Shown: piece by piece, positions 29,013 to 42,742 of the stretch
Layout of the letters: each line of letters starts with the position of its first letter
Numbering within the stretch: position 1 is the first letter of the stretch
Source: an uncultured Bacilli bacterium
GTDB taxonomy: Bacteria; Bacillota_I; Bacilli_A; RF39; UBA660
Assembly: GCA_947589275.1 (NCBI GenBank)
Contig: CANQAQ010000001.1
Coordinates: 4,884 to 68,883 of the forward strand
Reading direction: 5' to 3'
DNA length: 64,000 nucleotides
Position numbers and translations under genes: made by a program
Notes under the pieces: model-generated
What the model saw: only the letters and a program-made list of their open reading frames with translations
The model's database searches: none
What the model was told of the DNA's origin: nothing

Positions 29013-31469
29013 CTATTCATTTATAGTTTCTTCTTGGTTTTCTTTTTCTTCTTCGTCATTAGTAGTAGCTATTGTTGTTACTTTCTGATTTTCTTTTAGA
29101 TTAATTAATCTAACACCTTGAGTTACCCTACTCATTTTTGAAACTTGATTAATAGGAATCTTTATAATAATTCCAACATCAGTTATAATCATTAAATTTT
29201 CTGAATCATTAACGTTTTTAATTGATACTAAATTTCCATTCTTTTCAGTTATATTTAATGCTTTTACACCTTTACTTCCTCTATGTGTTAGCCTGTATTC
29301 TTCTATATTAGTACGTTTACCATAACCTTTTTCAGTTATAATTAACATATCACTATTTTCATCTACTTTTTCTGCACTAACACAATTAGAATTATTTGGT
29401 ATATCTATTCCTTTAACACCACTTGCAGTCCTTCCCATAACTCTTATTTCATTTTCTTTAAATCTTACTAATCTTCCATTTGATGCACCAATTACAATTT
29501 CATTTTCGCCATTTGTTTTTGTTACAAATAATAATTCATCATCATCTTTTAATGTTATAGCTATTTTTCCACTTTTTCTAATACTATCAAATTCATTTAT
29601 ATTTGTTCTCTTAACTAGTCCTTTTTTTGTTACAAATGTAATAAATTTATTGTCTTCTTCCCTTGAAACACTCAAAATTGAATTTATTTTTTCGTCTTTT
29701 TCAATTGGAAGTAAATTTATTATAGGAAGACCCTTTGCTTGTCTATTAAATTCAGGAATTTCATAACCTTTTATTCTATATACTTTTCCTTTATTTGAGA
29801 AAAATAATACATGATCATGAGATTTAACTGTTACCATTTTTTCTACAAAATCTTCTTCGTTTGTAGACATACCTTTGACACCTACTCCACCTTTATTTTG
29901 AACTTTATAAGTATCAGTTGTTAGTCTTTTTATATAACCTTTATTTGTTAATGTTATTACAATATCTTCTATAGGAATTAATGATTCATCTTCTATATAA
30001 TCAATTGCAGTCATATCGATATCTGTTCTTCTTTCGTCTCCATATTTATCTTTTATTTCTAATAATTCATCTTTTATAATTCCATATATTTTTTCATCAG
30101 ATGCCAAAATTAATTTAAATTCTTTAATTTTTTCTAATAATTCATTTAGTTCATTTTCTATTTTATCTCTTTCTAGTCCCGTTAATCTTCTTAACTTCAT
30201 TTCAAGAATTGCATCTGATTGTGCTTCACTTAAACCAAATTTATTTATTAGACCAGATTTTGCTTCTTCATCTGTTTTTGAACCTCTTATTAATTTAATA
30301 ACTTCATCTATATGATCTAAAGCAATTTTCAATCCTTCTAAAATATGAACTCTTTTTTCTGCTTTATCTAAATCAAACTTTGTTCTTCTTATAATTATTT
30401 CTTTTTGATACTCAACATATTTTGAAATAATATCTTTAAGTCCTAGTGTCTTTGGTACTCCTTGATCTAACATTAAGAATATTATTCCAAAATTTGTTTG
30501 AAATGATGTATGTTTATATAAATTATTTAAAACAACTTGTGCATTTGCATCTTTCTTTAATGTTATTGTTATTTTTACACCATTTTTTAAATCAGTATGA
30601 TAATCAGCAATACCATCTATTGTTTTATTATGAACAAGTTCTGCAACCTTATTTTTTAATTCCATTGTATTAACACCATATGGAACTTCGTCGATTATAA
30701 TTAAATGTTTACCTTTTTCTTCTTCTATTCTTGCTCTACTTCTAATTGTAATAGTTCCTCTTCCTGTTTCATATGCTTTTTTTATTCCACTATTACCTAA
30801 TATTATTCCTCCTGTTGGAAAATCTGGCCCTTTTATATATTTCATTAATCCTATTGTGTCTATTTCTGGATTATCAATATACGCAATACAACCATCAATT
30901 ACTTCACCTAAATTATGTGGTGGAATATTTGTTGCCATACCAACAGCAATTCCCATTGTTCCATTTACTAATATATTTGGAAATCTCGATGGTAAAATTT
31001 CTGGTTCTTTTTCAGTTACATCAAAATTATCAATAAAATTTACTGTATTCTTATTAATATCTCTAAGCATTTCAAGTGAAATTTTTGAAAGTCTTGATTC
31101 AGTATAACGCATTGCTGCTGCGCCATCACCATCTATATTTCCAAAATTTCCATGTCCATCAACCAAACAATTTCTATAACTAAATCCTTGTGCCATACGA
31201 ACCATTGCTTCGTATATACTTGAATCTCCATGTGGATGATATTTACCCATAACATCACCGACAATACGAGCTGATTTTCTATGTGGTTTATCAGGAGTAT
31301 ATCCAGATTCATACATTGACCATAAAATTCTTCTGTGAACCGGTTTTAAACCATCCCTTAAATCTGGGAGTGCACGAGATGTTATTACACTAAGTGAATA
31401 ATCAATAAATGATGATTCTATTTCATCAACAATATTATTTTCTTCTAATCTATCTCTACTATGATCCAT
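29013..31469 (-). CDS. gyrA: DNA gyrase subunit A
   Basis: 818 aa; active-site region AAAMRYTE with the catalytic Tyr; GyrA box. Confidence 0.97.
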   Translation of the reverse strand: MDHSRDRLEENNIVDEIESSFIDYSLSVITSRALPDLRDGLKPVHRRILWSMYESGYTPDKPHRKSARIVGDVMGKYHPHGDSSIYEAMVRMAQGFSYRNCLVDGHGNFGNIDGDGAAAMRYTESRLSKISLEMLRDINKNTVNFIDNFDVTEKEPEILPSRFPNILVNGTMGIAVGMATNIPPHNLGEVIDGCIAYIDNPEIDTIGLMKYIKGPDFPTGGIILGNSGIKKAYETGRGTITIRSRARIEEEKGKHLIIIDEVPYGVNTMELKNKVAELVHNKTIDGIADYHTDLKNGVKITITLKKDANAQVVLNNLYKHTSFQTNFGIIFLMLDQGVPKTLGLKDIISKYVEYQKEIIIRRTKFDLDKAEKRVHILEGLKIALDHIDEVIKLIRGSKTDEEAKSGLINKFGLSEAQSDAILEMKLRRLTGLERDKIENELNELLEKIKEFKLILASDEKIYGIIKDELLEIKDKYGDERRTDIDMTAIDYIEDESLIPIEDIVITLTNKGYIKRLTTDTYKVQNKGGVGVKGMSTNEEDFVEKMVTVKSHDHVLFFSNKGKVYRIKGYEIPEFNRQAKGLPIINLLPIEKDEKINSILSVSREEDNKFITFVTKKGLVKRTNINEFDSIRKSGKIAITLKDDDELLFVTKTNGENEIVIGASNGRLVRFKENEIRVMGRTASGVKGIDIPNNSNCVSAEKVDENSDMLIITEKGYGKRTNIEEYRLTHRGSKGVKALNITEKNGNLVSIKNVNDSENLMIITDVGIIIKIPINQVSKMSRVTQGVRLINLKENQKVTTIATTNDEEEKENQEETINE

Positions 31470-31485
31470 TTTTTAATACTCCCTT

Positions 31486-34513
<3,028 letters not shown>

Positions 34514-34635
34514 TTTAAACCTATTTTTATGCTCATATTTTCACCTTTATATTAAAATAATGCTCCTATACACATGTATATATTATAACACAAAAAAAGG
34601 CATTTTTTTATATTTTTATATAAAAATACCTTTTT

Positions 34636-35082
34636 TTAAATATTTTTTCTTTTTCTTAAAATAGATTCAAGTTTTGTTGCTCGTAAATATTGATTATCAA
34701 ATGAACCAATTGATATATCTACTGTTAAACTTTCCCCATTTTCAAAATATATTTTTGATTTTCCATTAGAGTCTTTATAATCCAATATATAACTTAATGC
34801 AAACCAACTACATTCAGCAAGTCTAGGTGACGTACTAGGAAAATATATAATTTCTCTACTTTCTTCTATTATTATAGGAGATTTATGACTTACTCCTATT
34901 AATTTTTTTGTTCCCTCATGTCTACCTAAATATGAACTTCCAAAATATTCACAACTTCTTTCAATTATTTTCATACAATTCATATTAACTATAAAACTAT
35001 TATCATTTTCTATTACTTTTGTAGTATATGAATCAATTGGTAATAATGCAACCGTATTTTTGTTAATTTCATAACAATCCAT
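34636..35082 (-). CDS. comK: ComK-family protein, 148 aa (C-terminally shorter than B. subtilis ComK)
   Basis: Aligns with B. subtilis ComK by eye: YE(I/V)N..T.A.LP, V.M....I..RSC.(F/Y)FGSSY.GR..GT......SHK.PI, FP(T/S).S, W, and F.NG....L.IS..SF.NQ..R. It has its own terminator (34560-34625), and recF has its own promoter. Confidence 0.7.
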   Translation of the reverse strand: MDCYEINKNTVALLPIDSYTTKVIENDNSFIVNMNCMKIIERSCEYFGSSYLGRHEGTKKLIGVSHKSPIIIEESREIIYFPSTSPRLAECSWFALSYILDYKDSNGKSKIYFENGESLTVDISIGSFDNQYLRATKLESILRKRKNI

Positions 35083-35201
35083 AATATTCCTCCCTTATAA
35101 ATTATTTTTTCTAAAAAAAAATAATTTCCCCTATTTATACTCAGAATTATTGCAATTTTTGTCATTTATTGTAAAAAAAAAAGAAAAATTTAATATTTTT
35201 C

Positions 35202-36323
35202 TTAATATGTTTTAATTGGCAACAACAATTGAATTAAATTTTCATCCTCATCATTCTTAATTATTATAGGTTTAACATCTGAATTTAATAAAATTCTAAT
35301 ATCTTTACTATTTATAGTTTTTAATGCATCCATCATATATTTTGAAGAAAAGGCAATTTTTATTTCATTATCATTATTTTTAGTTATTGAAAGCTTTTCT
35401 TCTACTTTTCCTATTTCTGGTGTATTTGAACTTATTATAACTTCATTACCATTTGTTTCAAATTTAATAACATTTTTTTCTTTTTCACTTGTTAAAAGTG
35501 AAGCTCTATCTATTACTCTATATAATTCATCCAAATCTGCTTTTATTTCAATTAAAAATTCATTTGGTATTAGTCTTGAAGTATCAGGAAATGTTCCATT
35601 TAATAATCTAGATTGAAATAAAATTTCATCAAATTTAAATAATACTTTGTTAGAAAATATATGTAATTCTACATTTTCATCTTCATCATCTAATATTTTT
35701 ACAAGTTCACCCATATTCTTCCCAGGTATAACTATATTTATAGGATTATCTATACTTTCATCTAAATAAATTGTTTTACTAGATAATCTATATGAATCTG
35801 TTGCAATACATTCCATTTTATTATTTTCTATCTTTATATTTATACCAGTCAAAATAGGTCTTGATTCTTGTGTTGATGTTGCAAATAAAGTTTGATTTAT
35901 TATATTCTTTATAACTTTTTTACTTAATATAATTGGATTTGTAGAATATTCTAATTTTATATTTGGAAACTCTTTAGAATCTATTCCATTTAAATTAAAA
36001 TTAGAATTTTGAGAATTTATAAGTATTTTTAGACCATCAATAACTTCTATATTAATAATTCCATCAGGTAATTTTCTAACTATTTCTAATAAATATCTTC
36101 CTTGTATTACTATAGTACCTAAATTATCAATATTATCTATATATTTTTTTTCAATAAAACATTGTATATCAATTTCATTATTAGTTGCAGTTAAAAATAA
36201 ACCATTTTCTTCTAAATCAAACTTTATTCCTCCTAAAATAGGAATAACATTTTTAGAAGAAACTGCTTTTGATACATTATTTAAATTTTCTAATAAAATT
36301 TCTTTTTTAATACTAAACTTCAT
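35202..36323 (-). CDS. dnaN: DNA polymerase III beta sliding clamp
   Basis: 373 aa with a three-domain clamp; sits between dnaA and recF. Confidence 0.95.
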   Translation of the reverse strand: MKFSIKKEILLENLNNVSKAVSSKNVIPILGGIKFDLEENGLFLTATNNEIDIQCFIEKKYIDNIDNLGTIVIQGRYLLEIVRKLPDGIINIEVIDGLKILINSQNSNFNLNGIDSKEFPNIKLEYSTNPIILSKKVIKNIINQTLFATSTQESRPILTGINIKIENNKMECIATDSYRLSSKTIYLDESIDNPINIVIPGKNMGELVKILDDEDENVELHIFSNKVLFKFDEILFQSRLLNGTFPDTSRLIPNEFLIEIKADLDELYRVIDRASLLTSEKEKNVIKFETNGNEVIISSNTPEIGKVEEKLSITKNNDNEIKIAFSSKYMMDALKTINSKDIRILLNSDVKPIIIKNDEDENLIQLLLPIKTY

Positions 36324-36512
36324 TTTAAACCCTCCATAACTATACTTTTATTATATCATATTTATTATTTAAATTTAATGTTATTTTTATTATTATTGTG
36401 GAATAAGTTGATAATCTAATTTTTTCTATATTTTATATAATTAAACAAATTTTTTTATTGTTTAAAATATAATGAAAAATTAGTTAATAACTAAAACTTT
36501 TCAACAATATGA
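36324..36512. promoter_or_regulatory. dnaA-dnaN intergenic AT-rich region with a degenerate DnaA box (second half of a bipartite oriC / DNA-unwinding element)
   Basis: ttattGTGGAATAAg resembles TGTGGATAA, and about 85% of the region is A or T. The bipartite origin is established in B. subtilis; applied here by position. Confidence 0.4.
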
Positions 36513-37880
36513 TTAAACTAGTTGTTTTTTTATTTCTTCAATTATATTTTCTAATTGCTTATTGTTTTTAATCTCTTTTTGTATTTTATCACATGAATGT
36601 ATTATTGTAGAATGGTCTCTCCCTCCAAATTCCATACCTATTCTTGGAAAAGACTCATCAGTTAAATTTCTAGATAAATATATTGCTATTTGTCGAGGAA
36701 AAGCAATATTTGATACTCTTTTTTTAGATTTTAAATCTTCAACTGTAACATTATAATATTCAGAAACAACTTTTTGAATTTTTTGAATATCATTTTTAAA
36801 ATTAGTAGATGATGATATTGTTCCTTTTAAAGCATCTACTGCTAACTCTAAAGTGATTTCTTCTTCAAAAAATATTGTTGAATATGCACATACTCTCGTA
36901 AGTGCTCCTTCTAAACTTCTAACATCAGAATTACATGTATTAGCTATATAATCAATTGCATCTTCACTCATATGTCTAGAAAAATCCATATTTGCCATTT
37001 TCTTTCTTATTATTTCTTTTCTTAATTCATTATCCGGTGGAAAAATATTTACTTTTAATCCCCAATTAAATCTTGTTCTAAGTCTATCTTCTAAATGTTT
37101 TAAATCATCTGGAGAACTATCTGATGAAATTATTATTTGTTTTTTATCATCATATAATGTATTAAATGTATGAAAAAATTCATTTTGAGTTTTTGGTGCA
37201 TTTCCTAAAAATTGAATATCATCTATTATTAATACATCTATATTTCTATATTTGTCTTTAAATAAATCTATATAATCAAAATTAGTTCCTTCTTTATCCC
37301 TTTTATTCAATCCTAAAAAATCATTTATAAATTGATCACTAGTTACATATAAAACTCTTTTATTTGAATTTTTAATTATATAATTACCAATAGCATGCAT
37401 TAAATGTGTTTTTCCAAGACCACTATTTCCATATATAAATAAAGGATTATACATTTTACCAGGATTTTCCGCAACTGCAAGTGCTGTAGCTTGTGCAAAT
37501 CTATTACTTTCACCAACTATAAAATTTTCAAAAGTATAATCGGGGTTTAAATTAGCTTTTTCAGGACTATTAAAAGGAACCCCAATATCTTCAATATCTA
37601 TATTACTAGTATTAATATTATTGTCTTTATAATATTCATTTTCTAATAAAAATTCAATATTGAAATTTGTACCCGTAATTTCATTAAATATTTCATTTAT
37701 TATATCTATATATGATTCAGCAAGGTGCTTTTTATGAGCAATAGTTGGTACTATTATAATAGCGTGTTCTTCATTTAATTCTATAAGCTTTGAATCTTTA
37801 AACCAAGTATTAAAAGATAAAGTATTTACTCTTTCTTTTATACATAATAAAAATTTATTCCATATATTTTCTATATTCAT
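36513..37880 (-). CDS. dnaA: chromosomal replication initiator DnaA
   Basis: AAA+ Walker A (GNSGLGKTHL) and the C-terminal DnaA-box-binding HTH. Confidence 0.97.
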   Translation of the reverse strand: MNIENIWNKFLLCIKERVNTLSFNTWFKDSKLIELNEEHAIIIVPTIAHKKHLAESYIDIINEIFNEITGTNFNIEFLLENEYYKDNNINTSNIDIEDIGVPFNSPEKANLNPDYTFENFIVGESNRFAQATALAVAENPGKMYNPLFIYGNSGLGKTHLMHAIGNYIIKNSNKRVLYVTSDQFINDFLGLNKRDKEGTNFDYIDLFKDKYRNIDVLIIDDIQFLGNAPKTQNEFFHTFNTLYDDKKQIIISSDSSPDDLKHLEDRLRTRFNWGLKVNIFPPDNELRKEIIRKKMANMDFSRHMSEDAIDYIANTCNSDVRSLEGALTRVCAYSTIFFEEEITLELAVDALKGTISSSTNFKNDIQKIQKVVSEYYNVTVEDLKSKKRVSNIAFPRQIAIYLSRNLTDESFPRIGMEFGGRDHSTIIHSCDKIQKEIKNNKQLENIIEEIKKQLV

Positions 37881-38175
37881 AAAACCACCCCCTAAATTAG
37901 ATAGTTATGAGTAATTAATCTTTTAATAATTATAAACTTATTTTTAGTAGTTTTCAACATAAAAAAGTATATGTTAAAAGTTATTAACAAGTTTTGTTTA
38001 TAAAAATTATTGAAAAATAATAAAATATTTAACTTGTCCACAGTTTCCACAAAATGTGTTTAAACAATAAATTTATAAACATATTAAATTTTTCCACATA
38101 CTGTTTATTAGTTGATAACTAAAAATTATTATCAAAAATAATATAAAATGTTTGACTTTGTACGTAAAAATGTAT
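37881..38175. promoter_or_regulatory. oriC DnaA-box cluster upstream of dnaA, plus the rpmH promoter
   Basis: DnaA boxes TTGTCCACA (38033-38041), TTTCCACAA (38044-38052) and TTTCCACAT (38090-38098). The rpmH promoter is TTGACT-17-TATAAT, with a TG extension, at about 38150-38180. Confidence 0.6.
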
Positions 38176-38210
38176 ATAATTGAAATGTTTTATGAACTTG
38201 GAGGTGCAAA

Positions 38211-38333
38211 ATGAAAAGAACTTTTCAACCTAATAATAGAAAGAAAGCAAAAAAACATGGATTTTTTTCTAGAATAAAAGGTAAAGTATTAAATAATAGA
38301 AGAAAAAAAGGACGCAAAAATATATCTAAATAA
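38211..38333 (+). CDS. rpmH: 50S ribosomal protein L34 (not in the supplied ORF track)
   Basis: [40 protein letters not shown], preceded by a GGAGGTG ribosome-binding site. Confidence 0.9.
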   Translation: MKRTFQPNNRKKAKKHGFFSRIKGKVLNNRRKKGRKNISK

Positions 38334-38384
38334 TAAATCCACTCTTTTTTAGTGGTTTTTTTTGTATGAGTAGGAGAAATTAAT

Positions 38385-38711
38385 ATGAAAAAAATTAATA
38401 TAATAAAAAAATCTAATGAAATTAATGAAATTATTAACTCTAAAAATACCATTAAAAATAAGTATTATTATATATATTACAAAGAAAATAAATTAAATAG
38501 AAATAGATTTTGTATATGTGTATCTAAAAAAAATGGTAATGCTGTTATAAGAAATAAAATAAAAAGGCAGATAAAAGATATAATTGATAAAAGTAATTTA
38601 ATATTTAAAACAAATATGGATTATGTTATAATAGTCTCAAGAGAAATTAATAATATAAATTTTAATATAAAAAAAGAAAAATTAATTGAATTAATTTCAA
38701 AAATAAAATAG
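38385..38711 (+). CDS. rnpA: ribonuclease P protein component
   Basis: 108-aa basic protein immediately after rpmH; KRNKIKRQIKD motif. Confidence 0.85.
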   Translation: MKKINIIKKSNEINEIINSKNTIKNKYYYIYYKENKLNRNRFCICVSKKNGNAVIRNKIKRQIKDIIDKSNLIFKTNMDYVIIVSREINNINFNIKKEKLIELISKIK

Positions 38712-38721
38712 GAGAAATAAT

Positions 38722-39672
38722 ATGAAAAAAAATAAGATAATTAAAATGATTTTTATAGTATTATTTGTATTTATAATGACAGGTTGTACAGTAATATTAA
38801 AAGATCCAAAAACTAAAAAACCAGTATATTATGAAGAAGAAAATCTTAAAATAACATTAAATGAAAATATATTATGTAAACCTACAAGTAAAGGATTAAA
38901 AAATAAATATAATGAATATAAAAAACAAATTGATATTTCAAAATTACCAGATTGTTCTAATTTTAGTCCTAGCGATGGAAATTATAATGATTTATGGGAA
39001 ACAATAGTTGTAAAACCATTAGCTTGGTTAATTTTGAAAATTGGAACAATTACAAAAAATTATGGTATTGCATTAATAATATTGTCTATTATAATTAGAT
39101 TAATTTTGGCACCATTTACTAAAAAAACAGCAATGCAATCAGAAAATATGAAACAACTGCAACCAGAAATGGATAGAATAAATAAAAAATATGAAAATAA
39201 AACAGATCAAGAATCATTAAATAAAAAATCTATGGAAATGATGTCACTTTATAAAAAATATAATATAAATCCATTTTCAAGCTGTTTATTTGCATTTATA
39301 CAAATTCCGTTACTTTTTGGATTTTTAGAAGCAATAAATAGAGTTCCAGTAATATTTGAAGAAAATTTATTTGGTCTTGTTTTAGGAACAACTCCTTTTA
39401 AAGCAATATCATCTGGACAAATACAATATATAATTATAGTTATATTAATTGCTTTAACAACTTTTATCTCTCAAAAATTAAATAAAACAGCACCAACTCC
39501 TCAAACAAATGATATTAATCCTAATACTATGACAAATGTTATGCTTGTTATGATATGTATAATGTCGTTAAATTTTTCTGTAGCATTATCTTTATATTGG
39601 ATAGCATCTACAATATTTACAATAATACAAAATTTAATTGTTATGAAAACTATAAAAAAAGAGGTAAAATAG
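38722..39672 (+). CDS. yidC: membrane protein insertase YidC/SpoIIIJ (lipoprotein)
   Basis: Lipobox (IMTGC) and a 60-kDa-IMP conserved core. Confidence 0.9.
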   Translation: MKKNKIIKMIFIVLFVFIMTGCTVILKDPKTKKPVYYEEENLKITLNENILCKPTSKGLKNKYNEYKKQIDISKLPDCSNFSPSDGNYNDLWETIVVKPLAWLILKIGTITKNYGIALIILSIIIRLILAPFTKKTAMQSENMKQLQPEMDRINKKYENKTDQESLNKKSMEMMSLYKKYNINPFSSCLFAFIQIPLLFGFLEAINRVPVIFEENLFGLVLGTTPFKAISSGQIQYIIIVILIALTTFISQKLNKTAPTPQTNDINPNTMTNVMLVMICIMSLNFSVALSLYWIASTIFTIIQNLIVMKTIKKEVK

Positions 39673-39673
39673 T

Positions 39674-40282
39674 ATGAAAGTATATGAATATGAAGGAAAA
39701 AATTTAGAAGAACTTGTATTAAAGGCATTAAATGAATTAAATGTTAAAGATGATGAATTATTATATTCTTCAAAAGAAGAAGTAATTGGCTTATTAAAAA
39801 AGAAAAAAATAATATTAAAAGTAATTTTAAAAACAGATGTTATTGAATTTTGTAAATCATATTTAAAAAATATAATAGAGAAAATGGGATTAGAAGTAAA
39901 TTTAGAAACAAAAAGAAAAGAAAATTGTATATTAATAAAAATCCATTCAAATAATAATGCTATATTAATAGGTAAAAATGGTAAAACATTAGAGTCATTA
40001 CAAATATTAACAAGACAATCAATATATTCAAAAACAGGTATTTTTGTTAATATAGTATTAGATGTAGAAAATTATAAAGAAAAACATCAAAAAAATATAG
40101 AATATCTTGCTAAAAAATTAGCAAAAGAAGTATCCCAAACTCAAATTGAAATAAAAATGGACTCTATGAATTCATATGAAAGAAGATTAGTTCATGAAAT
40201 TTTAAAAGATTTTAAAGAAATAAAAACTGAGAGTGAAGGAGAAGAACCAAATAGATATGTAGTAATAAAACCATCTAAATAG
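39674..40282 (+). CDS. khpB: Jag/KhpB RNA-binding protein (KH plus R3H)
   Basis: R3H motif (YERRLVHEIL); sits between yidC and mnmE. Confidence 0.85.
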   Translation: MKVYEYEGKNLEELVLKALNELNVKDDELLYSSKEEVIGLLKKKKIILKVILKTDVIEFCKSYLKNIIEKMGLEVNLETKRKENCILIKIHSNNNAILIGKNGKTLESLQILTRQSIYSKTGIFVNIVLDVENYKEKHQKNIEYLAKKLAKEVSQTQIEIKMDSMNSYERRLVHEILKDFKEIKTESEGEEPNRYVVIKPSK

Positions 40283-40333
40283 ATGGTTTTTGTATAATTA
40301 TTATATTATAATTAACAAGAAAGAGATGATAAT

Positions 40334-41680
40334 ATGAATGATACTATTTGTGCAATTTCAACTGCAATAGGTATTGGTGCAATTTCAATAGTAAGAGTAA
40401 GTGGAAGCAAATCTATAAATATAGTTAATAAAATTTTTGATAGAGATTTAAATAATAAAAAATCTCATACTATAAATTATGGTCATATTATTGAAAATAA
40501 TGAAATAGTAGATGAAGTAATGATAACTATTATGAAAGCACCAAAAACGTTTACGAGAGAAGATATAGTTGAAATAAATTGTCATGGTTCTATTGTAAAT
40601 ACGAATAAAATATTAGAATTATTACTAAATAATGGTGCAAGACTTGCGGAACCTGGTGAATTTACTAAAAGAGCTTTTTTAAATGGTAGAATAGATTTAA
40701 TTGAAGCAGAATCTGTAATGGATATGATAAATTCAAAAACAGAAAATGCTAGAAAATTAGCAATTAATGGAATAGATGGAAAAATATCAAATCTGATAAA
40801 GAAAATAATTAATAGATTAATTAAAGTTAATGCAAATATAGAAGTTAATATAGATTATCCTGAATATGAAGATATAGAAATAATTACAAAAAAAGAAATA
40901 GAAGAATTATCAAAATATATAAATAAAGAATTATCAAAACTATTAAATGAATCAGAAAATGGAAAAATAATAAAAGAAGGAATTAATACTTTAATTTTAG
41001 GTAAACCTAATGTAGGTAAGAGTTCTATATTAAATAAACTTTTAAATGAAGAAAAAGCAATAGTAACTGATATTGCTGGAACAACAAGAGATATAATAGA
41101 AGGTCAAATAAGAGTAAATGGAATATTATTAAATATAATAGATACTGCAGGTATTAGAAAAACAAACGATAAGGTTGAAAAAATAGGTGTAGAGAAAAGT
41201 TTAAAATTAATAGAAAGTGCGGACTTAATAATATTAGTCTTTAATAATAATGAATTATTAACAGATGAAGATTTAGAATTATTAAATAAAACAAAAGATA
41301 AGAAAAGAATAATAGTAGTAAATAAAATGGATTTAAAAAACAAAATAGATTTTAAAAAATTTGGTTGTGAAAAAATAGTAAAAATATCTGCTCTACATGA
41401 AATAGATGAATTAAAGAATGAAATTAGTGATATATTTAAACTTAATGAATTAAATAATAAAGATTTTACTTATCTATCTAATTCAAGACAAATATCTTTA
41501 ATTAAAAAAGCAATAAATGTTTCAAAAAATTTAGAACAAGCATTAAAAAAAGAAGTTCCAATAGATATTCTTGAAATAGATATAAAAGAAATATGTGAAA
41601 TATTAAATGAGATAATAGGCGAAAGTTATGATGAAAAATTAATAGATACATTATTTAGTAATTTTTGTTTAGGAAAGTAG
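40334..41680 (+). CDS. mnmE: tRNA modification GTPase MnmE
   Basis: G-domain (GKPNVGKSS, DTAG) and the C-terminal CxGK motif (FCLGK). Confidence 0.95.
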   Translation: MNDTICAISTAIGIGAISIVRVSGSKSINIVNKIFDRDLNNKKSHTINYGHIIENNEIVDEVMITIMKAPKTFTREDIVEINCHGSIVNTNKILELLLNNGARLAEPGEFTKRAFLNGRIDLIEAESVMDMINSKTENARKLAINGIDGKISNLIKKIINRLIKVNANIEVNIDYPEYEDIEIITKKEIEELSKYINKELSKLLNESENGKIIKEGINTLILGKPNVGKSSILNKLLNEEKAIVTDIAGTTRDIIEGQIRVNGILLNIIDTAGIRKTNDKVEKIGVEKSLKLIESADLIILVFNNNELLTDEDLELLNKTKDKKRIIVVNKMDLKNKIDFKKFGCEKIVKISALHEIDELKNEISDIFKLNELNNKDFTYLSNSRQISLIKKAINVSKNLEQALKKEVPIDILEIDIKEICEILNEIIGESYDEKLIDTLFSNFCLGK

Positions 41681-41686
41681 GAAAAA

Positions 41687-42649
41687 ATGAATAAAATAGC
41701 AATAATAGGAAGTGGAAGTTTTGGTTGTGCTTTAGCATATATTTTAAGTAAGAACAAAAATAATATAATAAAAATTTGGTCTTTTAAAAATGAAGAAGCA
41801 GACTTAATTAATAAATATCATAAATGTATATATTTAGAAAATTTAATTTTAGATAAAAATATAATTTGTTATACAAATTATGAAGAAGTATTAAATAATA
41901 GTGATTATGTATTTATAGTAACTCCTTCAAATGTAATTAAAGAAACATCTAAAAATATTAAAAAATTTATAAATAAACAAAAGATAATAATAGCATCAAA
42001 AGGTTTAGGTGAAAATAATAATTTATTATCAGACATAGTAAAAGAAGAATTAAATACTTATAACATTTCTGTAATTTCTGGGCCATCACATGCAGAACAA
42101 ATAATAAAAAATATACCAACAGTAATTTCATTTGCAAGTGAAAATAAGGATTTTTATTATGAAATAAAAAAATTTTTAGAAACAGATAATTTTAAAATAG
42201 AATATACAGATGATATAATTGGTGTTCAAATTGGAGGGTCATTAAAAAATATAATTTCTCTTTTAGTAGGTATAATAGAAGGTCTTAAATACGAATCTAA
42301 TACTATTTCATATATAATAACAAAAGGATTAAAAGAAATTAAAGAATTAGGTATTAAATTAGGAGCAAGAGAAGATACATTCTATGATCTATCAGGACTC
42401 GGAGATTTATTAACAACATCACTTAGTTTAAATAGTAGAAATAAAAGAGCGGGTATTCTTTTAGCAAAAGGAAAAAATCTTCCAGAAATAAAAGAAGAAA
42501 TAGGTATGGTTATAGAAGGGCTAGAATCATTACAGGTAGCATATGATTTAATGATTAAGTACGATTTAAATCTATTATTAATTAAAAATTTATATAATTT
42601 AGTAAATAATAAAATAAATATTAATGAGTTTATAAAAAATATCATATAA
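41687..42649 (+). CDS. gpsA: NAD(P)H-dependent glycerol-3-phosphate dehydrogenase
   Basis: Aligns with B. subtilis GpsA by eye: GSGSFG, SGPSHAEQ, IGVQIGGSLKNIISL, LSGLGDL, SRN(K/R)R, MVIEG. Confidence 0.8.
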   Translation: MNKIAIIGSGSFGCALAYILSKNKNNIIKIWSFKNEEADLINKYHKCIYLENLILDKNIICYTNYEEVLNNSDYVFIVTPSNVIKETSKNIKKFINKQKIIIASKGLGENNNLLSDIVKEELNTYNISVISGPSHAEQIIKNIPTVISFASENKDFYYEIKKFLETDNFKIEYTDDIIGVQIGGSLKNIISLLVGIIEGLKYESNTISYIITKGLKEIKELGIKLGAREDTFYDLSGLGDLLTTSLSLNSRNKRAGILLAKGKNLPEIKEEIGMVIEGLESLQVAYDLMIKYDLNLLLIKNLYNLVNNKININEFIKNII

Positions 42650-42742
42650 ATAAAAAACACACTTTGTTGTGTTTTTATGTTGCATAATTGTATGAATTTA
42701 AATATTGTAGTATAATACATTTGCAAAAAGAGGGTGTGATAA

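Noticed and set aside
38334-38384. Hairpin plus T-run between rpmH and rnpA
   Set aside because: A short GC-poor stem (CCACT/AGTGG). rpmH and rnpA are normally cotranscribed, so this is at most a weak attenuator. Not developed further.
38225-38452. 75-aa minus-strand ORF overlapping rpmH and the rnpA start
   Set aside because: Antisense to the universally conserved L34 gene; hydrophobic low-complexity translation; no ribosome-binding site.
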